Shown: positions 51,370 to 63,042 of the stretch, piece by piece
Layout: each line of letters starts with the position of its first letter
Numbering within the stretch: the first letter of the stretch is position 1
From: Octopus sinensis
Lineage: Eukaryota
Assembly (NCBI RefSeq): GCF_006345805.1
Contig: NC_043004.1
Location: 20,584,001 to 20,648,000, forward strand
Direction: 5' to 3'
DNA length: 64,000 bases
Position numbers and translations under genes: made by a program
Notes under the pieces: model-generated
Seen by the model: the letters and a program-made list of their open reading frames with translations, nothing else
Told to the model about the DNA's origin: nothing
Databases searched by the model: none

Positions 51370-53936
51370 TAGCTAGGAGACAGGTTTATTTAGCCAGAGG
51401 GGAAGCAGATAAGAAAAAATTTGCCAATGTTCTGCGCCGTGAGGACCAAAGACTGGAGGTGTTTCGCGTTGCAAGACAGTGTGTGAGAGAGAATCGTGAT
51501 GTGGTAGGAGAGAAGTGTGTTCGCATGGAAGATGGTTCACTTGCGCTAAATGAGGATGCAAAGAGAGAGGTTTGGAGATGCCACTATGAAAGGTTGCTGA
51601 ATGAAGAAAATGAATGGGATAAAGAGAGTCTGCCGAATGTTGACCCAACAGAGGGACCAGCTATCCGAGTTGATAGTTCCATGGTAGCTAAGGCAATTAG
51701 AAGCATGAAGACAGGAAAAGCCCCAGGCCCATCAGGAATCACTGCAGAGATGCTCAAAATGTCTGGTAGTGTCGGCTATAGCCTAGTCACCCATATAGTT
51801 AATCAGGTGATACACAAAGGAGTCATACCCAATGACTGGTGTAGCAGTATAATAGTCAACTGCTACAAAGGTAAATGTGATGCCCTAGATACAAATAACT
51901 ACAGAGGTATCAAGCTGTTGGATCAGGTGATGAAGGTTACGGAGAGGGTCATAGCCCAACTAATTAGAGAGAGAGTTAGTTTAGATGAGATGCAGTTTGG
52001 GTTTGTGCCAGGGAAAAGTACTACTGATGCTATATTCCTGGTAAGGCAGTTGCAGGAGAAATACCTAGCCAAAGATAAGCCCCTGTACCTGGCTTTTGTT
52101 GACATGGAGAAAGCCTTCGACAGGGTCCCCCGATCCCTTATCTGGTGGGCAATGGGGAAACTAGGGATAGATGAATGGTTAGTGAGAGCTGTGCGGGCCA
52201 TGTATAGGGACGCTGCTAGTAGGGTGAGGGTTGGAAATGAGTACAGTGAAGAATTCCGGGTAGAGGTAGGGGTCCACTAAGGCTCAGTACTCAGCCCCCT
52301 CCTATTTATCATAGTCCTCCAGGCAATAACGGAGGAATTCAAGACAGGATGCCCTTGGGAGCTCCTCTATGCTGATGACCTTGCTCTAATTGCTGAGTCG
52401 CTATCAGAACTGGAGGAGAAGTTTCAGGTGTGGAAACAAGGATTAGAATCGAAGGGCCTCAGAGTCAATCTAGCTAAAACCAAAGTCGTAATCAGTAGGA
52501 AGGTAGACAAATCACAAACACCTTCAGGTAGATGGCCCTGCTCGATCTGTAGAAAAGGTGTAGGTAGAAACTCTATAAGATGCACCAAGTGTAAGCTATG
52601 GACACATAAGAGATGCAGCAATGTCAAAGGAAGGCTAACTAGGAAGATGGTTTTTGTATGTGGCAGATGCTCAGGAACAATAAACACTGAAAATGCTCTG
52701 AGACCAACTTCCGTCACTTTCCAGGGAGAAAAACTAGAAATAGTTGATAGTTTCCGTTACCTAGGTGACCAAGTCAGCAGCGGGGGCGGGTGTGCTGAAA
52801 GTGTAACTGCTACAGTAAGAATAGCTTGGGCAAAGTTCAGAGAGCTCTTACCTCTGCTGGTGACAAAAGGCCTCTCGCACAGAGTGAAAGGCAGACTGTA
52901 TGATACGTGTGTACGAACAGCCATGCTACATGGCAGTGAAACATGGGCCGTGACTGCTGAGGATATGCGTAAGCTCGCAAGAAATGAAGCCAGTATGCTC
53001 CGATGGATATGTAATGCCGGTACTCACACTCGGCAGAGTGTAAGTACCTTGAGAGAAAAGCTGGACCTAAGAAGCATCAGTTGTGGTGTGCAAGAGAGAC
53101 GTTTGCGCTGGTATGGTCATGTGGCGAGAATGGATGAAGATAGTTGTGTGAAAAAGTGCCACACCCTAGCGGTTGAGGGAACCTGTGGAAGAGGCAGACC
53201 CAGGAAAACCTGGGACGAGGTGCTGAAGCACGACCTTCGAACTTTAGGTCTCACTGAGGAAATGACTAGAGACCGAGACCTCTGGAAGTGTGCTGTGCGC
53301 GAGAAGACCCGGCAGGACAAGTGAGTCCATAACCCGTGGCCTTCTACATGGGATGGAGCCAGCCTACGTATGCATACCTTCCCTTCTTGGGACACAAAAC
53401 TCTACTTGTGAAGACGTGTTGAGGCAAGTGAGGATCAGAATCGAAATCGATCAATGGAAATTGCGGATGTGTTACCAGTGCCGGTGGCATGTCGAAACTC
53501 TACTTGTGAAGACCCGTTGAGGCAAGTGAGGATCAGAATCGAAATCGATCAATGGAAATCGATCAATGGAAATTGCAGATGTGTTACCAGTGCCGGCGGC
53601 ATGTAAGAGAACTTTCCGTTTCGCGACCGTTGCCAGCACCGCCCCGTTTTGTGTCCGTTGCCAGCCTCGCCTGGCCCTCGTGCCGGTGGCACATAAAAAG
53701 CACCATCCGTTCGTGGCCGTTTGCCAGCTCTGTCTGGCACCAGTGCGGGTGGCACGTAAAAAGCACCCACTACACTCACGGAGTGGTTGGCGTTAGGAAG
53801 GGCATCCAGCCGTAGAAACACTGCCAGATTTGACTGGGCCTGATGAAGCCTTCTGGCTTCACAGACCCCAGTAGAACCGTCCAACCCATGCTAGCATGGA
53901 AAACGGACGCTAAACGATGATGATGATGATGATGAT
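51370..53936 (+). mobile_element. 5'-truncated RTE-clade LINE: RT ORF remnant, ~610-bp 3' UTR and (GAT)n tail
   Basis: One reading frame from 51327 to 53324 with a single in-frame TAA at 52278-80 (GVH*GS, normally GVHQGS). RT motifs KAPGPSG, NYRGIKLL, QFGF, FVDMEKAFDRV, LLYADD; C-terminal RRLRWYGHV, GRGRPRKTW; no endonuclease domain retained. Confidence 0.97.
52539..52670 (+). other. PHD finger (C4HC3) embedded in the RTE ORF
   Basis: CSIC-x10-CTKC-x4-HKRC-x14-CGRC, in frame between the YADD/GLRVN region and the LEIVDSFRYLG region. Confidence 0.85.
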
Positions 53937-53943
53937 ATATATA

Positions 53944-53995
<52 letters not shown>

Positions 53996-54273
53996 TATAT
54001 ATATAGTCAATCCAAACATGAACAAGCAAGAAAAAACAACAACAGAGTGAGAGAGAGAAAGCCGTCAGAATTTTCGAAAAGAGTCTTTTTATTTCTTCAT
54101 TATTATTAATGCTTTTGTTCATTTCTCGAACTTGTCAAACTTTTGTGAATGTACAAACAGCTTGTTCATTTATATAAGACAGATGTTTTGTGGGGGTTTT
54201 GTTTAGAAGAAAACATTGCTTCTGATTTTTTTTTTGGAGAGGTAAGGTTCTATTAACAATGGAGATGGATAGA

Positions 54274-54780
54274 TAAGTTTCTTTATTGGCCACACAGGGC
54301 TGCACACAGATGGGACAAGTTACAAGGTAGAGCCTTTCTTTTGGAGGAGAAAAAAAAAAGTTGGCGTAGGTTTTCGATCAAAGGGGAAAAAAGAACAAAA
54401 AAAAATAAAAAAAGAAAAAAAGGAAAAGAAAAAAGAAAAAAGGAAAAGAAAAAAAGAAAAAAAGGAAAAGAAAAAAAGAGAAAAGGGAAAAAAGAAAAGA
54501 AAACTGAAAAAAGAAGAAAAAAGAGGAAAAAATGGGGAGAAGAAAAAAAAACGATCAATAGGGATCGTGTATCACAGTGTCATGATGTATGGTGTAAAGG
54601 GGAAAGCAAGTAAGGTTTATCCGTGGGAAGAAAGGCCTACGAAAAAGACCACGGTAACCTTGGTCAATATTGTGATATGTTACCACATTTGTTTGCAAGT
54701 GGGTAACCCTCTGTTTTCAATTTCTGGGTTCATAGGATTATGCTCAAGGTGGCTTCGTCATTCATACGTGCCAGAAATGT
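54274..54780 (-). mobile_element. 3' end (ORF end and UTR) of a non-LTR retrotransposon, probably L1/Tx1-like
   Basis: Minus strand: LARMNDEATLSIIL* then a UTR with a long T-rich tract, ending GTGTGGCCAATAAAGAAA. Clade is inferred. Confidence 0.55.
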
Positions 54781-54794
54781 AGGTAGGTAGGCTA

Positions 54795-54930
<136 letters not shown>

Positions 54931-55323
54931 TCAGAGAGACAGATAAACAGGTAGAGAGAGAGGGAAGGGGTATCCCTCTTCCTATTCACTATTTATTTAT
55001 TTATTTAGTCATTTACAATTGTATTGGAATGGGTTTAAGGATGTGACCTCTTCAAAAAAAAATCAAATAAAAAATAACATGGGTGCCATGTGGTCATCAT
55101 TGAAAGTCTTTTTGCTTCCTATGTCCTTCTTTTCTCCTCTTTCTTTCTTTTTCTCCTCTTTGAGTTATATTTAGAATACAAAATGTACTGTCTCCCCTTT
55201 TCTTTCAAACATTCAATTTCAGAGAGAATTTTTTGATGAAATATAGTTCTGCATGAAAAAACATTAGTATAATATTTGCAAATTAGAAATATTAATAAAT
55301 AAATAAAATAAAATAAAACAGTA

Positions 55324-55743
55324 TAGGCGCAGGAGTGGCTGTGTGGTAAGTAGCTTGCTAACCAACCACATGGTTCCGGGTTCAGTCCCACTGCGTGGCA
55401 TCTTGGGCAAGTGTCTTATGCTATAGCCCCGGGCCGACCAATGCCTTGTGAGTGGATTTGGTAGACGGAAACTGAAAGAAGCCTGTCGTATAAATGTATA
55501 TATATATATATATATATAAGTGTGTGTATATGTTTGTGTGTCTGTGTTTGTCCCCCTAGCATTGCTTGACAACCGATGCTCGTGTGTTTACGTCCCCATC
55601 ACTTAGCGGTTCGGCAAAACAGACCGATAGAATAAGTACTGGGCTTACAAAGAATAAGTCCCAGGGTCGATTTGCTCGACTAAAGGCGGTGCTTCAGCAT
55701 GGTCGCAGTCAAATGACTGAAACAAATAAGAGAGTAAGAGAGT
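55324..55743 (+). mobile_element. SINE family A, best-preserved full-length copy
   Basis: A box TGGCTGTGTGG, B box GGTTCAGTCCC, CORE-like TCTTGGGCAAGTGTCTT, internal (TA)n, 3' CAGCATGGTCGCAGTCAAATGACTGAAAC tail; retains CpGs. Confidence 0.92.
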
Positions 55744-56032
55744 ATATATATATATATATATATCCCAATGCTACTCATATGTATACCTGAACATTTGGAA
55801 TAAAAAATGCAATTATCCATTTTACCTTCAAACATTCAATTTTGGAGAGAATCCCTTGATTGAAGTGTGTGTGTGTGTGTGTGCATGAATGCATGCATGT
55901 GTGTGTTTGGGATCATGTCCATTTTTGCTGTGTAATTTCGATCATGCCTCTTTCAATTTCATATTTTTGCATTAGAGAACATTAGTATAAAACTTACTAA
56001 CTAGAAAAACACGCAAAGCTCAGAACATCTCA

Positions 56033-56356
56033 ATGCCACACATATTACATCTGAATATTTACAGAGATATGAACTGCAAAATGCAAAACTTCATATACTG
56101 CATTAACTGCCCAAGCTGCAAAGAAAATTACATTGGCGAAACAAACAATCCCCTCTGCCAACATGCAAGAATCCACAGGCAACATATCCGACAAGAGGAA
56201 TTATGCAAGATTCCATTAAGTAAGCAACTAGAAATATGCAGTGACGGAAAACTCAAAACTTTTCTCTTTTACAAATGTGTACGGGATGATCCACAATACC
56301 GAAAAGCAATGAAACTATATTTCATCAAAAAATTCTCTCCAAAATTGAATGTTTGA
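56033..56356 (+). mobile_element. GIY-YIG endonuclease domain of a Penelope-like element (C-terminal fragment)
   Basis: MNCKMQNFIYCINCPSCKENYIGETNNPL..HARIHRQH...FIKKFSPKLN: IY-x-CxxC-YIGET motif and terminal PxLN. Confidence 0.88.
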
Positions 56357-57015
56357 AAGAAAAGCGGAGACAGTACATTGTCAAGATGAAGCAATCATCA
56401 TGTGTGTGAGTGTGTGTGTCTGTGCGTGTATGTGTGTGTATTATATACATTTTTGTTTATTTTTTAGAATGCTTAAAGCACAAACAAAAACACCATTTAT
56501 TTTATGTCCCTAAACAAAGCACTCTGCTGAGTGGCAATATGATATGACTCAACTCTCAAATGCTTTGAGTATCTCTGAAAACTTTTTCTAAACATGAGCT
56601 GACATGTTTCTGTAATCATATAAAACATAAATCAACTCTTATTATACTGAGTACTCTTGGTTTTAAAAGGAAATTTACTTAATCATTGTATGTATGAATT
56701 GTGTGTCTACACACACACACACACACACACACATGTATGTCATTGTTCAGTTTTATTTTAAGATTTCTTGCCAATAGAGAAAGAGCTGGTTTCTAACCTA
56801 GTTCCAAGGCTCCTTTATTGGAATTTCAACAACATCAACAGGGTATTGTTAAATGTATGTATGCATGTATGTATGTATGTATGTATGTATGTATGTATGT
56901 ATATGTACAGACTTGTATGCTTTGCTTTATGTATGTACCCATCCAGCCATATTGCTTGTAGTAACTCTCTGCATGGTAAATCCAAGTTTCAGTCAAAAAT
57001 CACTACGATCATGTA

Positions 57016-57394
57016 TAAAAGGCTTCTTCAGTTAATTCATCTGAAGCTCCGACATCTGGCGACGGACTTGGTAAATACCCACAAAGTTATCAACCACCTC
57101 ACCAACAACAACACTGAACACCTTTTTGATCTCCATGTGTCTAACACACGTGGACATGCCTACAAAGTCAGAAAACAACACAGCTCCCATGACTTTCGGA
57201 AACATTTTTTCACGCTCAGAGTTGCTGAAGCATGGAATAAACTGCCTGCGTCAGTTGTTGACTGCCATGACACTGCATCCTTTAAGGCCCTCATGCTTTC
57301 CGAAATCCGCCGAAACTACACCTGATTATATATACACTTTAGATGAGTTGTAGTGCACCTGAGCACTGTACACAATTATTATTATTATTATTAT
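57016..57394 (+). mobile_element. CR1-clade LINE 3' end
   Basis: LKLRHLATDLVNTHKVI...NTRGHAYKV...RKHFFTLRVAEAWNKLP...SFK*; short UTR with hairpin GTGC-ACCTGA-GCAC and (ATT)n tail. Confidence 0.9.
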
Positions 57395-57822
57395 TTTATT
57401 CAACGATGCTGGTAATTGTGGCTTCAAAGTTGGAGATAGCATTCATCGTATTTTTCCTAAATACTCTCCCATGCCAAATATGTGACTTGTCACTTTCATT
57501 TGTGATGTATGTATATATGTATTATTGATGGATGCATGCATGCATTTATTCCAGAGATATACTTGCTAGGCAGATGTTTTCATCTGAGACTGTGTCAAAA
57601 CCAAAATTATTGCAGCACAGAAGACATATGTTAGGCAATCAAAATCACACAAAACTTTTAACTTTTCTTCAACTACTTTGAGACACAGTGTTACATTGCC
57701 AGTGACTAGGTTGCAGTTTCAAGCAATGAAAATTTTGTCACTATATTACAAACAATAAATGTTTAAGTGAAGTTAGCAGTTTCTTAGTGGCTAACATGTG
57801 TTTTCGATGCTGCAACCATTTT

Positions 57823-57860
<38 letters not shown>

Positions 57861-58020
57861 ACCACACACACACATACATACACACACACACGCACGCACA
57901 TGCACACCACACACACACCACACACATACACACACACACATGCACACTTACATGTATGTTGTGTACATGGAAGAATGACAAGCTTCTTTCAGTTTCTGTT
58001 TACCAAATCCACTCACAAAG

Positions 58021-58093
<73 letters not shown>

Positions 58094-58137
58094 CATATAC
58101 ACACACACACACAAACAAACGCACATACATTTGTCAT

Positions 58138-58220
58138 CTATCTAATGCTTACGTGGCCTCATCTAGAATATTGTAGCCCCTCTAGTTTCCTTTATCAAAG
58201 AAAATGTTATGAGATCTGAG
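58138..58220 (+). mobile_element. CR1/L2-type LINE micro-fragment
   Basis: YLMLTWPHLEYCSP matches the conserved YxxLVRPHLEYCxP motif. Confidence 0.6.
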
Positions 58221-58895
58221 GCTACTATGAAGAAAGTTACAGCACACATATAACAAAAATTTTCACTCAAAATTCTGCTTTAGTCAGCTTTTATCCAGGA
58301 TAACATGGATTTATATATTTTCAACCAGAATATTCCAACTATGAGCCACTGTAAAATTTAAACTCTTCTTGTCTCCATGAATATAAATAGCTTCAAGCAT
58401 ATGCCAGAAACAATCAATTTTAAACTGCAAACTAGCTAAACCAACACACCATGATGTGGTGGGAGAGCTGATGTATAAAAGTAAATTGAAACTTAAAGCA
58501 ATATACTGGCTTCTAAAAAAATCAGATGCACTCCCTCACTTCCTCATGAACACTGTGACACAAGAGAAATTTTTTGCAGCATTTTTTCTTAATATTCAAA
58601 TAAATAGCTAAAATTTTTGTCAAACATTAAGTTATGTCAGTGAGTGAAGAGAAGGCAGCATCCTTTATCAGTTGGGAATTGCTGTTCATTTAGTGTGATT
58701 CACATGGTCAGTTTTAGAACTGTTTTAGAGAAAGGTATTTTTTTTTTATTATCAAACATAATAGTTATCCAATTGATTAAATATTTGTGAAACTGAAATT
58801 AATAACTGAAGACACCAACTGAATAAATATAATTAAACTTTAGGCCCTGTAATGAGTACTTTTCCTTTGATGCATAATAAATAAATTATAAATAG

Positions 58896-58950
<55 letters not shown>

Positions 58951-60162
58951 CAAAGTTAACTGCTATCATACAAAATATTTGATAAACTATCTTTAGAAAT
59001 AGAAATATTATGTTCGTGTGTTATGTAAGAATATCCTAGTAACAATTTATCTGTCACTAATATCGTGACTATATTTCTTAGTAATTTCTTACAATTACTT
59101 TCTAACGTATCATCTGTGGGTGAAATTCATTACTAGATACAGTAACTGTAGATTATTGGTGAGCCAAACTATAAGCAACCTGGCAAACAACACTGCTGCT
59201 GTTTACTTTCACTTGATTCACCTGATTATTATTTCTTTATATTTTACCATTACAACATGTTCTATCAAATCAATAAACAGCTGCAGCATTTTTTCTTAAT
59301 ATTCAAATAAATAGCAATTTTTTTCCCCAAATGTGTTGCACTAAGTATTTGAAGCATTCCTCCAGGGAAATATTCCTGTTTTTGTTGCATTAAATATTGT
59401 GTTGTTTCCGTCATTTTTGTGCTGTATTGTGTAACTTATTAAATACCCTGTCTGCTGTGGTTGGCCAATATTTTAGCACCTGGAAAGTTCTTCTCAGCAC
59501 AAGCTTAAGCAAAGTTTTTCATGGAAGATCAGTAATTGCTTGTCTTTGTAAGTCCTGTTTACCTGCGTTTATTGTTATCCAAGAGAAAGCTGGTGCTGAC
59601 ACTGCTTGGCACCAGAGTTATATAAACTTTCAGAACATAAACCACATGACATTGCTGGCTGATAGTGTGGCCCTGTTATTTCTTACAACCCAGAGCCTTG
59701 AACTAGGGCTTTACAAGGGGATGCTTTAAGGGTTTCATGAAATATAAGAATTAAACAGGATAATCCTGTTGAAGACAATTAACAAACTCTGTGAACTGTT
59801 TTCACCAATCTGTATGGAATGGTCGATATATCACTTAGCACATTCACCTCTAAAATAGTTATGCCAGTTAAATATTGTTTGTCTACCGACACTGACCTGT
59901 TCCATAACAACCAAGTGTTTGCACACAACTGATGCCCACTAATACATAAGCTCTACAAGGCGTGGCAATGGGATATGAGAAGAATGTCTGCATACACAAC
60001 ACTTCTAAGCATTTCCATCTCAATATGTGTGGCAAATCATCAAAAAGATTGCTTCATTACAGCATTAACCCCAGCAAGACAAGAAAGTTAACTGTACTTT
60101 CAATCTTCATTATATTATACAAACATAGCATATAGCATAATTTTTTTGGTCAATAAAAAGAC

Positions 60163-60686
60163 ACATTATTTACATTATTTACATTTGACAGATATTTGTC
60201 CTCATCTTGTTTGTTGTTAACACAACATTTCGGCTGATATACCCTCCAGCCTTCATCAGGTGTCTTGGGAAAATTTCAAACATGGGTTCTCATTCCTAAG
60301 GGATTTTTTGTTGTTGTTGTTGTTATTGTTATTATTTTTATTATTATTCAGGTCACTGCTTGGAATCGAACTCAGAATCTTGGGGTTAGCAGCCCACACT
60401 CTTAACCACTACGCCATATGCTTGTGGTGTAGTGGTTAACAGTGCAGGCTACTAACCCCAAGATTCCACGTTCGATTCCAAGCAGTGACCTGAATAATAA
60501 TAATAATGATGATAATAATAACATTGAAAAATACCTTAGGAATGAGAACCCAGATTTGAAATTTCCCCAAGACACCTGATGAAGGCTAGAGGGTATATCA
60601 GCCGAAATGTGTTAACAACATACAAATTGAGGACAAATATCTGTCAAATAATGAACATAATTCCTCATCTCTTAAATATAGAACTG
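60163..60686. mobile_element. Fold-back element with two divergent tRNA-head + hammerhead cassettes
   Basis: Imperfect inverted repeat centred at ~60420. Each arm, read outward: tRNA-like head (TGGTGTAGTGG A box, GTTCGATTCC B box), (AAT)n linker, GACACCTGATGAAGGCT...AGCCGAAA. The right end has a ~35-bp unique extension. Confidence 0.85.
60219..60264 (-). ncRNA. Candidate minimal type I hammerhead ribozyme
   Basis: Minus strand GACAC-CTGATGA-A-GGCTG GAGGGTATAT CAGCC-GAAA-T-GTT-GTGTT: canonical core, 5-bp stem II, stem I GACAC/GTGTT, GUU triplet. Confidence 0.6.
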
Positions 60687-63042
60687 AAGAAAAAGACATT
60701 CTTCCAGTTTTTAATTTCATTGCTGAATTTACTCAAATATTTCTAAACATTATTTTACTTTCAATTTATTATGCCTATTTGGCTTCAGTAGTTTCACTTA
60801 CTTGATCATAAAATGAAACATCAGCCATGATAATTTTACAAGTTACTTTTAAACTCTAATACAAACTTACATAAAAATCGTGTTGTATATAATGTTTGTC
60901 TGTCATATATCCTTAAAAAACATTTATCATTGATACAATTTTGTTTGTTGAGGTACTTCTAATGTTTGGTATGGTTTAGTTATGAAGTAGCAGTGTTAGG
61001 AGGAAATAGTTTGTTCACCATGGAGATTTCAAGTGACTGATAGCCAGACAAGGACTTTATATCAGCCAGACAATGTAGGATTAAATTGTCAAAGCAGTGT
61101 CATTGATATTAAATCATAAGCATTGCATTTTGGTTTACTTCTTACTTTGTGACAGATGTTTCAGTGGTATAATACATTGATTATGGGTGACTGCTCTAGG
61201 TACATGTGTATACAGGGAGAAGTGGTGGTGATGGTAATGGGGGTTGTGGTGGTAATAGTTGTGGTAGAGGAAGTGGTTGTGTTGGGATATTTGTAATGCT
61301 ATATTTACATTCATGCTCACACACATACTGAAAATATACATGAACTTCAATTTATATATATCAGGCACTGCGGAGCTGTTTTTGGAGGTGGGGAATACTA
61401 AAAATTAAAGTTTAACCAATGAAAATGGTTAAAACATTTATTAAATCTATGCTTTTAAATTTACATTTTAAATGCAAATTAGTATCAATGACTCAACCTT
61501 AACTACAGGCATGAAAAACTTCAGGATTTTCTTGTGTTGTATCCTTTATTCTTTTGTGATTTTAGAGGTAAATATTTATATTCTTTTGTGATACTGAGGT
61601 AAAATACATGTAATAAATATCTACACTATGAGGAAATTTCAAGATTGTAAGATCACTTGTAATTTGCTGGCTTCATTAAACCAAGTAGAAATTAACAAAT
61701 TCATTTGTCTATTTTCATATCAGTAAATATATTCCACAGCAGCTGCAGTCAGGTTTGTTGGTCAAATATTTTTTGTGATATGAGAGTATAACGAAAGAAT
61801 ATAATCTCTCTTGTGTCATTCTTGACTGAAGACGTTTTTTTTTCATGCTTTGCAAGTGAAAATGTGCATTCAGCATTAACTGAGATTGAAAGAAATACAG
61901 TAAAAGTTGGCAAATTTTATAAATCACTGATTGCCAGTTGCTGTTTTGTTGAATCACACCAGAAGATCAGAATCCTCTTTTTTCTCAATCCTTCTAGATT
62001 ATATAAATTTGACGATTTGTCAATATCTTGCATGGCTATTCTTTGTTGGAAAAGGAAGTGGAAGCACTGGATAGGTTTTATTGTGTTGTTACTATTTATT
62101 TGTATATGTTTTCTTGTATTATCCAACAATTCCCAACCATTATTATATCTAGGAAGCAGCACTTTCAGTATATTAGCAGCTTTTTTCCAATTACAAACTC
62201 TTTCTTTTATAAACACTGTTGTGGCTTGGAGTTTTTATTATACTCAGCAGGGAAAAAAAAAAAACAATATCCTAGCGATTGTTGGGTTGGCCACAATGAG
62301 GGAAATCAAAGGCAGTGAATTAAATTGATTGAAAAGAACACTTCTGGTTACCGAATGTCCACTTGGGAAAATAAAATCCATCAGTTGATTTGATTGAGTA
62401 ATCTGGGCTAACCTGTGGGAGGTTTCATTGCTTGTGTTGATGGTGATTGAAACATTTAAGTCAGAACTACTGTATCAGAAATGACTTTACAAGAAATATT
62501 TGGTTGTATACAATTGTGTAGCACAATGTATTTCATATTCTAATAACTAGGAAGTATTAAGATTTATTGATATTTGTTGAAAAAAATACTTTAACATCGC
62601 TTGTTGCTTGCTATCAATGACCATACCTGGAATTACTTAAAAATCTTATTAAGCAAATTTTTTTGAAAAGAAAGAAACAAATATCACTAGTTTCTCATCA
62701 ACTAAACTTAGAAGATTAAAACTTTAATCTGTTCAGACTTCTATCATTTATGAACACTTTAGTATCCAATAATGGAGAAAATTTACACACTTGCAGATGG
62801 AAAATAACAACAGGGTGTTGGTATATGTATGGCAGATGCACACAAAATGTCATATTCCTTTTTTTTATTTTTTAACTAGATTCTTGATCAGTAAAAGATA
62901 TAGACATGTGGAACAAAACTTTGTGCAATGAAGATTTCTGAAAAGTCATATTTCCCATTTACTTGCATTCCATGTGAATACTTATACTGGTTATCATCAA
63001 AGTGGTGCTAGTTAGTGTAGCTGTTGGTGTTTTAGTTGGGTG

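Noticed and set aside
53841-53870. CTGATGA-AGCC-TTCT-GGCT hairpin in the RTE 3' UTR as a hammerhead
   Set aside because: No GAAA or helix III follows, and the homologous position in other copies lacks CTGATGA.
54283-54613. Lys/Arg-rich and Phe-rich ORFs
   Set aside because: Translations of the A-rich/T-rich tract in a LINE 3' UTR.
60424-60490. Functional tRNA gene
   Set aside because: A and B boxes are present but no proper acceptor stem; it is the head of a repeat and is duplicated in inverted form.
61813-62328. 171-aa hydrophobic ORF as a membrane protein
   Set aside because: Hydrophobicity is explained by T-rich composition, with no family motif; overlapping frames are equally open.
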